A DNA stretch of 64,000 nucleotides from Sandaracinaceae bacterium (GTDB lineage: Bacteria > Myxococcota_A > Polyangia > Polyangiales > Sandaracinaceae): positions 192,001 through 256,000 of the forward strand of contig JBGCFC010000009.1 of the NCBI GenBank assembly GCA_045106715.1, given 5' to 3'. Position numbers and translations under genes: made by a program. This document shows positions 37,804 through 47,393 of the stretch, piece by piece. The first letter of the stretch is position 1; each line of letters opens with the position of its first letter. The notes under the pieces are model-generated. The model made no database searches and was not told the DNA's origin. It saw only the letters and a list, made by a program, of their open reading frames with translations.

Positions 37804-38976
37804 ATGAAGGGCAGAAAGCGCGCGCTCGCGCAGATGGGGGGCCGTGTGCGATGCGGTGGCGACCCGGAGGTCGCGGCGGTGCTCTCTCGCGCCTGGCGTC
37901 GGGCGAGCGAAGACGACGGGGACCAGGTCACGCACGGCTTTCACACCTGGCCGGCCCGCATGCACTTCGCCATCGCGCGCACCGTGTTGATGGCCTTCGA
38001 CAGCGCCACCGTGCTCGATCCGTTTTCCGGCGGAGCGACCGTGCCCATCGAGGCCATGCTCGCGGGGCGACGGTGCATCGGGGTGGACTTGGATCCACTC
38101 GCGGCGCTGCTCGGGGACGTCAAGACGCAGAAGCGCACTCCCGAGGAGATCGGCCGCTTCCTCGGGACGGCCAGCACCGTGGCCGACGCCTCCGAGACGC
38201 GTGTGCGTGAGCGGGTGCCGATCTTCGCCGATCTGCCGGCCGAGGAGCGGCAGTGGTACGCGCCGCATGTTCTGAAGGAGCTCGGTGGGTTGCTGGCGGA
38301 GATCCGCGCGGTCGAGGACCGCCGCGACCGTCGTGCGCTCGGCATGGTGTTCAGCTCGATCGTGGTGAAGGTCTCCAAGCAGCGCTCGGACACGTCGCAG
38401 GAGGAGGCGCCGACCCGCATTCGCAAGGGGCTCTCGACGGAGATCTTCCTCCGTAAGGCACAGGAGCTGGGGGCCCGCTGGTCGGAGCTGGCCGAGGCGG
38501 CGAAGGGCCCCGCGCCGACCTTCCACACGGGTGACGCGCGCGCGCTTCGCAAGGTCATCGGGCGGCGCTCCGTCGACCTGATCCTGACGTCGCCCCCGTA
38601 CGGCGGGACCTATGACTACGCGACGCACCACGCTCGTCGCGCCGCGTGGCTCGGGCTGAACGCGACGGGGTTGAAGCGGTCCGAGATCGGCGCGCGTCGG
38701 CGGCTCTCGCGTCGCACGGGGCGCGAGACCTGGGACGCGGAAGTCGCGGCGATGCTCGCGTCGATGGCCGACGTGCTCGATCGCGAGGGCCGCATCGTGC
38801 TGGTGATGGGAGACGGTGAGGTCGCGCGCCGCCGGGTGGAGCTGATGCCTCAGCTGGGGCGGCTTGCACCTCGGGCCGGGCTCGATCTCATCGCTTCAGC
38901 GTCGCAGCCCCGTCGGAACTGGGGCGGCAGCGGCGACCGTGAAGAGCACCTCGTGGTCCTCGCGCGTTCGCGCTGA
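37804..38976 (+). CDS. class I SAM-dependent methyltransferase with (S)PPY motif (UPF0020/RlmL-like or N6-adenine/N4-cytosine-type, gamma motif order)
   Basis: Motif I VLDPFSGGATVPIEA. Motif IV DLILTSPPYGGTYDY, about 185 aa later. Confidence 0.55.
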   Translation: MKGRKRALAQMGGRVRCGGDPEVAAVLSRAWRRASEDDGDQVTHGFHTWPARMHFAIARTVLMAFDSATVLDPFSGGATVPIEAMLAGRRCIGVDLDPLAALLGDVKTQKRTPEEIGRFLGTASTVADASETRVRERVPIFADLPAEERQWYAPHVLKELGGLLAEIRAVEDRRDRRALGMVFSSIVVKVSKQRSDTSQEEAPTRIRKGLSTEIFLRKAQELGARWSELAEAAKGPAPTFHTGDARALRKVIGRRSVDLILTSPPYGGTYDYATHHARRAAWLGLNATGLKRSEIGARRRLSRRTGRETWDAEVAAMLASMADVLDREGRIVLVMGDGEVARRRVELMPQLGRLAPRAGLDLIASASQPRRNWGGSGDREEHLVVLARSR

Positions 38977-38997
38977 CCGGTCCCGCTTGACCCGCCG

Positions 38998-39843
38998 CTA
39001 CGGGCTTGGCGGCTCCCGCCGGTTCACCGGCAGATCGAAGAACGTCCGGAGCTGGTGGGAGGCCTCGGTGCGCGCCCCGTCCGCGTCCCGGGCGACGAGC
39101 GGAGCCGCTTCCTCGAGAGGTCCGGGCTCGCGGCTGAACGTCCACACGGTGAACAGCGGCCCCTTCTTGGACTGCCGCGGGACGACGTCGAGCTTGCGCC
39201 GCGCGTGCAGCCCCGCCTTCACTCCTCCCTCGAGCGCGCGCTTGGGGGTCTTGGCGCCGCAGCACACGACGAAGCGTCCGTCCGGGGCGAGCAGGGGGGC
39301 AGCGGCCGCGAGATAGTCCTCGACCCCTCCGCGCATCTCGAGCCGCGCGTAGGTCCGCTGATCGTCCGTCGACGGCGAGCCCTTGCCTGGCGGCAGGTAC
39401 GGCGGCGTTCCGGTGACGAGGTCGAAGGGCCCGTCGAGTGTGGTGAGCAGATCGGGGTCCCGCAGATCCCCATGCACCAGTCGCACGTCGGTGAGCCCGT
39501 TGCGCTCCAGGTTTCTCTCCGCGAGGTGATGGCTGATCGCCTGCGCTTCGATGGCCGAGACCGCGGCGCCCGGCCCGAGCTTGTAGCGCACCATCAAAAG
39601 GACGGAGCCGATTCCGCACCCGATGTCGGCGTAGCGCTTTGCGTCGGGCCGCGCGTGTGCGGCTTCGTAGGCCGTCGCTACGTCGTCCAGCGAATACCGG
39701 TGCCCTCGTCGACGCTGAAGGATCCGCCAGGTGCCGGCGATCGCGTCGTCGGTCAGCTCTCCCAGCTCGATCGGTGTCGGGGGGCTCAGCGGACCACCGC
39801 GAGCGCCCCGTCCACCTTGCCAATGAAGAGCGGCATGCTCCAC
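38998..39843 (-). CDS. methyltransferase small-domain protein, TrmN6/YfiC-like (tRNA adenine-N6 MTase-like)
   Basis: HRYSLDDV, motif I DIGCGIGSVLLMV, motif IV FDLVTGTPPY. The start is uncertain: there is no ATG/GTG between the upstream stop and the conserved region, so the start probably overlaps the upstream gene. The alternative-frame ORF 38888-39823 is R-rich and rejected. Confidence 0.55.
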   Translation of the reverse strand: MEHAALHWQGGRGARGGPLSPPTPIELGELTDDAIAGTWRILQRRRGHRYSLDDVATAYEAAHARPDAKRYADIGCGIGSVLLMVRYKLGPGAAVSAIEAQAISHHLAERNLERNGLTDVRLVHGDLRDPDLLTTLDGPFDLVTGTPPYLPPGKGSPSTDDQRTYARLEMRGGVEDYLAAAAPLLAPDGRFVVCCGAKTPKRALEGGVKAGLHARRKLDVVPRQSKKGPLFTVWTFSREPGPLEEAAPLVARDADGARTEASHQLRTFFDLPVNRREPPSP

Positions 39844-40706
39844 GTGACGCCGTCGATCGCCTCCGCCTGCCGCAGGAAGGGCTTGCCGCCGAAGGAGCGC
39901 GCCTCCAGCAGCCGCCCTCCGCAGCATGGGCGCAGATCGAGGTCGGTCTCGTCGAACGTGGCCAACGCGAAATCGTCCGGCTCGCTGATCTTCGGCCAGC
40001 CTTGCTTCATGCGGTCGGTCGCGTCGGCGGGGTCGATCTCGTAACAGGGACCCACCTCTTGGTAGTTGACGCGTGATGCGTCGATGAGGGGCTGGACCTG
40101 GTTGGCCGACAGGGCGTCATGGATGCCACGGAGGAAGTCCAGGATGTCGACCAGCGTGCCCGGATCCTGCTCGAGGTCGAAGGCCTCTGCAGACTCCCAC
40201 GCCCACGTCCCCCATGGATGGTTCAAGGACCCTCGCTCACTGACGGTGTGCGGAAACACGAGGGGGTTGCCCTCTTCTTCGGTTCGCGGAACCGGCGGCG
40301 GCTCCCAGTCCAGGACGAACAGCTCGCGCTCGTCTCCAGGCTCCACCATCTCGCCCACGATGCCTTCGCAGAGCGCTACGCGGAGGACTGGCCCGTCCAG
40401 GTCGTGCTCCGCCGTGTTGTCAGAGAGGTCTTCGTCCGGGGCGACCAGCTCTTGCGGCTCCTCGACCTCCTCGCCGGCTGCGCGCCGCTCCCGGCGTTCA
40501 CGCTCCTCATTGTGGGGCTCGCACAGGGCGCCGCCGTCGACGCGAACGCTGAGCACGTTCTCGCCTTGCAGCACCCACTCGCTCACGGGGCGCACCAACA
40601 CCGCTTGGTAGTCCGGCACGAAGGCCACCATCGGCGCTCCGTTCAGGAGGAGTTCTCCCGAGTAGCCGCGAATCGTCACGTTCAGGTAGTAGCAGGGGGT
40701 TGTCAT
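39786..40706 (-). CDS. hypothetical acidic protein (306 aa)
   Basis: Coding-like composition and a long ORF. No recognisable motifs. Confidence 0.45.
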   Translation of the reverse strand: MTTPCYYLNVTIRGYSGELLLNGAPMVAFVPDYQAVLVRPVSEWVLQGENVLSVRVDGGALCEPHNEERERRERRAAGEEVEEPQELVAPDEDLSDNTAEHDLDGPVLRVALCEGIVGEMVEPGDERELFVLDWEPPPVPRTEEEGNPLVFPHTVSERGSLNHPWGTWAWESAEAFDLEQDPGTLVDILDFLRGIHDALSANQVQPLIDASRVNYQEVGPCYEIDPADATDRMKQGWPKISEPDDFALATFDETDLDLRPCCGGRLLEARSFGGKPFLRQAEAIDGVTWSMPLFIGKVDGALAVVR

Positions 40707-40805
40707 GGCTATGGGTCTCCGCGCGGGGGCGGCGGTTCATGAGAAGGACTGAGACTCGCTCGAAACCTTGAGGATTTTGGAGGCGTGAGGTTCTTCAACG
40801 GCCTG

Positions 40806-42818
40806 TTAGAGACGACCGGTGCGCGCGAGCTTGCGGCGTTGGCCGCGCGTCAGCTGCGAACGAATGGGGCGATTGGCTCCGGGAGTGGGCTTCTGCTGCG
40901 TGTCGCCACCAGGGAACACCCCGCTCATCCACTTCTTCTCTTCCGGGCTCCACTCCCACTTCCGCTCGAAGCTCCCGAACGGCCACGCGCTCGCCCGGAT
41001 CGAGGGCTCCACCTTTTTGCGGTCGACCTGCCAGTCGATGCGCACCGGACCGTCCGAGACCTTGAGCTGCGCAGCGAAGTCGAAGCCAGCCGTGATCTTG
41101 CCCTCTGCCGTGGCCCACTCGTTTCCGAGAACCGCCCGGATCCCGAGTTCGCCCTTCATCTCGCTGGTCACGGGTTCCTCAAAGTGAAGACCATCGACGT
41201 CGGAGTCGAGGTTGAAGTTCGCCTTCGCGTCCACGGACACGACACCGAAGACCTTGATCTCGACGGTGGACCAGCGCGCCTTGAGCGAGATGCCAAAGCT
41301 CAGGTCGAACACCACCTTGAAGAAGGTCATGCCGATCGAGAGCTTCCACCAGTCGTAGACGGTGTGGTCTTCCCACTCCTTGTGCGCCCACTCGAAGTCC
41401 AGGTTCCCGGCGAACAACTCGACGGAGAACACGAACTTCCAGCCGATCTGCGGCTGGAAGTCCTTGATGAAGTTGGCGACGCTGTTGATGGTGCGCTTGA
41501 TGTTGACGAGCTGGTTGACCAGCTTGCCGATCTGCCCGTCCATTGGGAGGGCTTCCCCGTCGCGGCTGAACGTGAGACTGGCTCTCACCTGCTCGGGGAC
41601 GGTTTGCATCGGGGCGCGTTCCACGATGGGTCGATCGAGGGGGTCTGATGCGTTCGAGTCGGCGTCGATGACCCTCTCGACATCCTCTCGCAGATGGCCG
41701 TCCTGCGTCTGCAGCCCGTAGGTGTCCGTGCTGCTCCGACCGATCACGTCACCTGCGCCGTCAACACGTCGCACCTCTTCTCGGCCCTCGGTGACCGCTT
41801 CACCCCGCCACGCCGACCCGCTCGAGTTCTCCGTGTACCGGTTGAGCGCGCGAACATCCGGGGCGTCGCCCTCTTCCTGGAGACGCATGCCGCCGCCGCG
41901 GGTGCTCGCGGACGTCGACAGCGCAGGGATCGACAGAGAGAGCTTGTAGACCTCCTTCGGGTAGACGCGGACTTTGACCTGACGACGGCCGTGCCCGGGG
42001 TCCCCACTCGGTAGGCGCCCGCACGCGCCGATGTCGACGGTGTAGACGTTCTGCTTGCTGTTGGTGAAGTAGAAGCGCTTCAGGTACTTGTCGAGGGCCT
42101 CGTTGCCGGAGTTGCCGCTGGTCGCGTCCGGGGCCAGCGCCTTGAACTTCACCGCCGTCTCGCCGCGCTTCTCGAGCACGACAGCGCCCGCCTTCGTAAC
42201 CTTGACGTGCGGATGCGACTTGCCGCAGTGGTAACCGGGCCCGCCCTCCAGCTCGATCGTGATTTCGTCGGCGTCTTCGTCCTTGTAGCCTGCGACGACC
42301 TCGAGTTCCTTGGTGCCCGCGCGCTCCGGCCTTGGTGTGGGAAGGTTGTTCTTGTCGGAACCGGCTTCCTTCCAGAAGCGAATGTCCGTCAGGGTCCGCT
42401 TCCCGTCCTCCGGGGCCGACGGCATGTGCTGGCACTTGAGCACCACGATTTCGAAGTCGCATGGGAGGTTGGCGTCCTCTTGGACGACCTCTTCTTCGTC
42501 GGTGCGAGGCCGTGACGCGCCGCCGCCGGCCTTGCGGGTGCGGACCAGGGCGACGCGGCCTTGCATGCAGGCGTCAGTCAGGCAGTCGACGATGGCTGAG
42601 TCGCTGACGTCCGCGCTCGGGTGCAGCGGCACCTCGAAGAGCGCGTCCTCGAACGCCATGCGACGAAGCTGATCCCCCTGCGGACCGGGCTCACTGAGGA
42701 GCCGGCCCAGCACGGCGCGGACCTCGTCCTCGTCTTGAAGAAAGCTGCCGCCCGCGGCCTCAGCGGGGTCGACGAGCGCATGCCCGTCGCCATAGATGTC
42801 ATCCAGGTTGATCGCCAT
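40806..42818 (-). CDS. large hypothetical protein (about 670 aa); no signal peptide; Trp/Lys/Phe-rich beta-strand-like C-terminal half
   Basis: The start is placed at MAINLDDIYGDG (the upstream 13 codons are less likely). The C-terminal half has an alternating hydrophobic/polar pattern (KFVFSVELFAGNLDFEWAHKEW...VEIKVFGVVSVDAKANFNLD). Local GC is about 53-60% over 41.2-41.6 kb, against about 70% in the flanks. Confidence 0.55.
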   Translation of the reverse strand: MAINLDDIYGDGHALVDPAEAAGGSFLQDEDEVRAVLGRLLSEPGPQGDQLRRMAFEDALFEVPLHPSADVSDSAIVDCLTDACMQGRVALVRTRKAGGGASRPRTDEEEVVQEDANLPCDFEIVVLKCQHMPSAPEDGKRTLTDIRFWKEAGSDKNNLPTPRPERAGTKELEVVAGYKDEDADEITIELEGGPGYHCGKSHPHVKVTKAGAVVLEKRGETAVKFKALAPDATSGNSGNEALDKYLKRFYFTNSKQNVYTVDIGACGRLPSGDPGHGRRQVKVRVYPKEVYKLSLSIPALSTSASTRGGGMRLQEEGDAPDVRALNRYTENSSGSAWRGEAVTEGREEVRRVDGAGDVIGRSSTDTYGLQTQDGHLREDVERVIDADSNASDPLDRPIVERAPMQTVPEQVRASLTFSRDGEALPMDGQIGKLVNQLVNIKRTINSVANFIKDFQPQIGWKFVFSVELFAGNLDFEWAHKEWEDHTVYDWWKLSIGMTFFKVVFDLSFGISLKARWSTVEIKVFGVVSVDAKANFNLDSDVDGLHFEEPVTSEMKGELGIRAVLGNEWATAEGKITAGFDFAAQLKVSDGPVRIDWQVDRKKVEPSIRASAWPFGSFERKWEWSPEEKKWMSGVFPGGDTQQKPTPGANRPIRSQLTRGQRRKLARTGRL

Positions 42819-42919
42819 CCCTCGCTCCTCGGAGCAGAAGGTAGCACGCGAAAACAAGGGCGGCGTGGGTCAAGGCCCGGCACGCCACCGGACTAGGACG
42901 CGGCGCCGAAGGGCGTGCG

Positions 42920-44938
42920 TCAGCCCCCGCGAAGCTGGTCGAGGAACGCCTTGCCGATCGCGGCCGACTCATCGGCGTCCATCGGAGCGTCGCCGTCCGG
43001 CCGGTCGTAGCTGTCGATCCGATCCTCGGGCAGGCCCTCCAGAAAGCGCGTCGGGACTTGCGGCGTGACCTTGCCGCGCAGCAGCTTGCGGCGGGCCCGG
43101 CACAGGTAGAGACGCTCGCGCGCGCGGGTCACGCCCACATAGAAGAGCCGCCGCTCCTCTTCGACATCGCTCGGCGCCGCCTCGGTCACCTTGGGGTCGG
43201 TCGTGCGGCTGTGCGGGAGCTGGCCTTCGTTGAGGCCGATCAGGAACACGTAGTCGAACTCGAGCCCCTTGCTCGCGTGCAGGCTCGAGAGCGTGACGCG
43301 GTCTCCGGTGGACTCTTCCTCGCTGTCGACGTTGAGGGTCATGCGCGTGAGGAACTGCGCGATGGTCGGACGCTCGGCGCCGGGCTTCGCCTCGTAGCGT
43401 TGGATTGCGCGGAGCACGTACTCGATGTTGCCCCAGCGCTTCTGCACGGACGGGTTCTTGTCCTCCTTGAGCGTGCGCTCGATGCCGACCTCCGAGAAGA
43501 GCTTTCGAGCGGTGCCGGAGAGGTCGACCTTCTCCTTGAAGCCCAGCCGTGCCTTCTCGATGGCCTCGGTGAAGCGGGCGGCGCCGCGCAGCGCGGCGTC
43601 CGGGATGTCGGGCACCTCCGCGAGGTTCGCGATGGCGCTCCCGAAGGTGCGGTCGCGCGCCAAACACCACTGGGTGATGCGCGCGATGGTCTTGTCGCCG
43701 ATGCCGCGCGTCGGGTAGTTCACCACCCGGCGGAGCGAGAGCTCGTCGGCCGGATTCACGACGACGCGCATGTATGCGACGGCGTCCTTGACCTCCTTGC
43801 GGTCGAACAGTTGGGTGCCGCCGAAGAGCCGATACGGGATGCCCTCGACACGGAGCTCCTCTTCGATGGCGCGGGCTTGCAGGTTCGAGCGGTACAGCAC
43901 CGCGCACTGGCCCGGGCGGACGCCCTCCTTCTTGAGGAACCGCACCTCTCGCGCGACGAACTTCGCTTCGTCCTGGGCGTCGGGCAGCACCGACAGCCGC
44001 ACGTTGTCACCCGGGCCACGCTCGGCCCGGAGGACCTTCTCGTGGCGCTTGCGCTTGCTGAGCGCAATGGCGGCGTTCGCGACTTCGACGATCGGAGCGC
44101 GGCTCCGGTAGTTGGACTCGAGCGTGACCACCTTGGCGCCAGCGAAGTGCGACTCGAAGTCGAGGATGTTGCGTACGTCCGCGCCCCGCCACGCGTAGAT
44201 GGACTGGTCGTCGTCGCCCACGACACACACGTTTCGCTGCTCGTTGGTCAACAGCCGGACCAGCTCGAGCTGGATCTGGTTGGTGTCCTGGAACTCGTCC
44301 ACGAGCAGGTAGCGGAACTTTCGCCGCCACTTCCCGCGCAGGTCCTCCCGTTTCTGCAGCACCGTCACGGGCGCGAGCACGAGGTCGTCGAAGTCCACCG
44401 CGCACATGTTTCGAAGGGCGGCCTGGTAGTGGGGGTACACCGCGCGTGCGGCGGCGTCGTACTCGAAGTCCGTCTCGGGGATGTCCTCGGGGAGCAGGCC
44501 TTTGTTCTTCCACAGAGAGATCCGCGAGTGCACCGAGGAGAGGTCGAGCTGCCGGTCTCCGATGCCTTCGCGCTTGACGATCTCGCGCACGACGCCCATC
44601 GCGTCGCCCTGGTCGAAGATGACGAACTTCGCGGGGTAGCCGAGCGCCTTGTGCTCCTGGCTCAGGAAACGAACCCCGAAGCTGTGGAACGTGCTCAGCC
44701 AGAGGCGCTCGGCGCGCGAGCGGCCGACGAGCGGCATCATCCGCTCGCCCATTTCGGCGGCCGCCTTGTTCGTGAAGCTGACCGCGAGGATGGACGTGGG
44801 CGACGTACCTTGGCCCACGAGCCGCGCGATGCGATGGGTGATCACGCGCGTCTTGCCGCTGCCGGCCCCGGCGAGCACCAGGAGCGGGCCGTCGCCGTGC
44901 TCGACCGCGGCGCGTTGTGCGGGGTTGAGGCCGGTCAC
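42920..44938 (-). CDS. uvrD: ATP-dependent DNA helicase, UvrD/PcrA/Rep family
   Basis: Walker A AGAGSGKT and UvrD motifs (VDEFQDTN, GDDDQSIYAWRGA, TLHASKGLEFDYVF). Confidence 0.9.
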   Translation of the reverse strand: MTGLNPAQRAAVEHGDGPLLVLAGAGSGKTRVITHRIARLVGQGTSPTSILAVSFTNKAAAEMGERMMPLVGRSRAERLWLSTFHSFGVRFLSQEHKALGYPAKFVIFDQGDAMGVVREIVKREGIGDRQLDLSSVHSRISLWKNKGLLPEDIPETDFEYDAAARAVYPHYQAALRNMCAVDFDDLVLAPVTVLQKREDLRGKWRRKFRYLLVDEFQDTNQIQLELVRLLTNEQRNVCVVGDDDQSIYAWRGADVRNILDFESHFAGAKVVTLESNYRSRAPIVEVANAAIALSKRKRHEKVLRAERGPGDNVRLSVLPDAQDEAKFVAREVRFLKKEGVRPGQCAVLYRSNLQARAIEEELRVEGIPYRLFGGTQLFDRKEVKDAVAYMRVVVNPADELSLRRVVNYPTRGIGDKTIARITQWCLARDRTFGSAIANLAEVPDIPDAALRGAARFTEAIEKARLGFKEKVDLSGTARKLFSEVGIERTLKEDKNPSVQKRWGNIEYVLRAIQRYEAKPGAERPTIAQFLTRMTLNVDSEEESTGDRVTLSSLHASKGLEFDYVFLIGLNEGQLPHSRTTDPKVTEAAPSDVEEERRLFYVGVTRARERLYLCRARRKLLRGKVTPQVPTRFLEGLPEDRIDSYDRPDGDAPMDADESAAIGKAFLDQLRGG

Positions 44939-45051
44939 GACAGAGCAGGGCTACTCCGCCGCCCGGCCGGGTTCAAGTATCACCGATGGATCGTCAGCAA
45001 CCTGCCTTGCGCCGGGGGTTGGGATACCCTGTGGCGCCAGGAGGTCTCGCG

Positions 45052-46812
45052 ATGAAGGTCTGCCCGTCGTGCGGGCTCAAATACTCGGATGACAACGACC
45101 GCTGCTTCATCGACAAGATGGAGCTTGAGGACGTGCCGGATCCGCACATCGGCAAAGTCCTCAAGGGCCGTTACCGCATCGAGGAGCCGCTCGGCGAGGG
45201 CGGCATGGCGGTCGTGTACCGCGCGCAGAACACGTTGGTCGAGCGTCCGGTCGCGATCAAGATCATGAACGCCAACCTCGCGTCCGACGTGGGGCTCAAG
45301 GAGCGATTCCGACGCGAGGCCAAGAACGCGGCCTCGGTGGCGCACCCCAACATCATCGACATCCACGACCACGGCGAGACGGAAGACGGCACGCCGTTTC
45401 TGGTCATGGAGGTGCTCGACGGGCAGCCGCTCGACGACATCATTCTCCAAGGGCCGATGGCGGCCGAGATGGTCGCGGTGATCGGTGTGCAGGTCGCCAA
45501 GGGGCTCGCTCGCGCGCACGACTTCGATGTCATCCACCGGGACCTGAAGCCGGAGAACATCTTCATCACGTACGCGAGCGACGGAAGCTTGTCCGTGCCC
45601 AAGTTGCTGGACTTCGGCATCGCACGCTCGATGCACGACTCGCGGCTGACCAACGCGGGTGAGATCTTCGGCACGCCGCAATACATGGCGCCGGAGCGCG
45701 TCACCTCCATCGACGCGGGCGCCCCGGCCGACCTCTACGCGCTCGGGGTCATCTTCTTCGAGATGGTCACCGGGCGGCTCCCTTTCGAGTCCGACGACCT
45801 GCCCGGCTTTTTCATCAAGCATCTGCAGGACGCGCCCCCGCGCCCCCGCGACCTCGTGCCGAGGATCCCGGCTGCGCTCGAGGCGCTCATCCTTGCGCTG
45901 CTCTCGAAGAAGCCCGAGGAGCGACCCGTCGACGCGCACGCGGTAGTGAAGCTCCTCGAGCCGTTGGTGCCAGAGGGCGCGCTGCCCGCACCAACCTCCA
46001 CGGCGCGCAAGGCCAGCGTGCGCCCCCCCGCGTCGGCCCCGACCTTGCCGCCGACGACGCTCGAGCGATGGGCCGGACGCACGGCGCTCTTCGATGAAAT
46101 GCTCCGGCGGGCGTACCCGCAGGGCAACGCGCCGCACGAGCAGGCCCGCGCGCTGGGCGAGATCCGGGAGATCCTGTCGCGCATCAACGATCTCCGGAGC
46201 GCCGGCCTGAAGTACCAGCGGGAGCTGGAGCAGATGGAAGCGGCCGTCCAGGAGACGCGGGAGCGACTTGGTCACGCCGTGCACACGCTGGCGGAGGACC
46301 TGTCCAAGGCCCGCGAGACGCTCCGGGACGCGCAGCGTGAGGTCGCGCCGTACTTCAGCGCGGAGGAGACCGCCCGCGAGACGTACAAGGGTGCGCACGA
46401 GAAGTGGCTTTTCCTCGGTGGGGGGCGGCTGCTCGAGGAGCCCAACGAGCCGGCTGTCCAGGCTGCACGCGACACCGCAGAGACGCTCGACCGCTGGGTA
46501 TTGTCGCGCAACGCGGCTGCCCAAGCCCACCGCTGGGTCGAGTCGAAGGAGCGTGAGGTCTCGGATCTCGAGTTCCAGGTCAGCGCGCTGCGGGCGCAGC
46601 TCGATCGCGTCGAGTCGGAGAACGAAGACAGCCGGGCCGCCAACGAAGAGGGCCTGCGCATCAACGGCGAAGAGCTGGCGAGCCTCGAGGCCCGGCTCAC
46701 CGAGTTGGGGTCCACGTTCGTCGAGCCGCTTCGTCCGATGCGGCAGCTGAACGACTTGTTCCATCGACTGCAGCAGCAAGGCACGCCGGCGGTCGGGATC
46801 GTTCGGCCGTGA
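45052..46812 (+). CDS. Ser/Thr protein kinase with N-terminal zinc-ribbon and C-terminal coiled-coil region
   Basis: N-terminus MKVCPSCGLKYSDDNDRC. LGEGGMAVVY, AIKIM, HRDLKPEN, DFG, GTPQYMAPE. Confidence 0.8.
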   Translation: MKVCPSCGLKYSDDNDRCFIDKMELEDVPDPHIGKVLKGRYRIEEPLGEGGMAVVYRAQNTLVERPVAIKIMNANLASDVGLKERFRREAKNAASVAHPNIIDIHDHGETEDGTPFLVMEVLDGQPLDDIILQGPMAAEMVAVIGVQVAKGLARAHDFDVIHRDLKPENIFITYASDGSLSVPKLLDFGIARSMHDSRLTNAGEIFGTPQYMAPERVTSIDAGAPADLYALGVIFFEMVTGRLPFESDDLPGFFIKHLQDAPPRPRDLVPRIPAALEALILALLSKKPEERPVDAHAVVKLLEPLVPEGALPAPTSTARKASVRPPASAPTLPPTTLERWAGRTALFDEMLRRAYPQGNAPHEQARALGEIREILSRINDLRSAGLKYQRELEQMEAAVQETRERLGHAVHTLAEDLSKARETLRDAQREVAPYFSAEETARETYKGAHEKWLFLGGGRLLEEPNEPAVQAARDTAETLDRWVLSRNAAAQAHRWVESKEREVSDLEFQVSALRAQLDRVESENEDSRAANEEGLRINGEELASLEARLTELGSTFVEPLRPMRQLNDLFHRLQQQGTPAVGIVRP

Positions 46813-47354
46813 GCCATGCTGTCCCGACGGCAGCCTGTCCCCGCTGTGGTGGTGACCTCGAGACCGTCAGCGGGGCGCCCCTCGTCCTGGGCTGCCGTCC
46901 GTGTGAGAGCGCCTTCTTCGACAACGCGGCGAGCCAGACCCTGGTCGATGACCGTGTACCCGCGGCGCTGAGGCAGACCTATGCGCTGGTGTCCGGTCTC
47001 GCGCCCCAGAGAGCGTCGGACACCACGAGCTCGGCGTACCGCACTCCGGACGCCCCGGACGCCCCGTGTCCGATATGCCGGCACACGATGATGCCGATCC
47101 AGTCGCACGGCGTGAGTCTCGACGTTTGCCTCGCGCACGGCACCTGGCTGGACCGCGGAGAGGCCGATCTGCTGCGAAAAGCGCACGCGTTCGCCAGGGC
47201 GAGCGACGAGGCCCGAGAGGCGCAGATCTCGAGCCGGCGCGAAGCGTCGATTCGCGAGGTGGCGGAGAACGAGCTTCGGGCGAACCAGTACACGCACCTC
47301 CCCGAGTACGAGCGGAGCTTTTACGCATGGCTCCGGGAGATCTGGAACGCCTGA
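46809..47354 (+). CDS. double zinc-ribbon protein (zf-TFIIB-like CPxCx...CxxCxGxWLDxGE units)
   Basis: The GTG start overlaps the kinase stop. Units CPRCGGDL...CRPCESAFFD and CPICRHTM...CLAHGTWLDRGEADLL. Confidence 0.6.
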   Translation: MSHAVPTAACPRCGGDLETVSGAPLVLGCRPCESAFFDNAASQTLVDDRVPAALRQTYALVSGLAPQRASDTTSSAYRTPDAPDAPCPICRHTMMPIQSHGVSLDVCLAHGTWLDRGEADLLRKAHAFARASDEAREAQISSRREASIREVAENELRANQYTHLPEYERSFYAWLREIWNA

Positions 47355-47393
47355 CGCGATGGCGGCGGCGCTGCGATTGGCTACCGTGTCGCC

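Noticed and set aside
38888-39823. 311-aa minus ORF in a different frame to the TrmN6-like methyltransferase
   Set aside because: The translation is extremely R-rich. The other frame contains methyltransferase motifs I and IV.
44939-45051. GGTTCAAGT T-loop-like string in the uvrD / kinase intergenic region as a possible tRNA
   Set aside because: There is no acceptor, D or anticodon arm complementarity around it. This is also true of the other intergenic regions I inspected (30892-31152, 37163-37265, 52814-52911).
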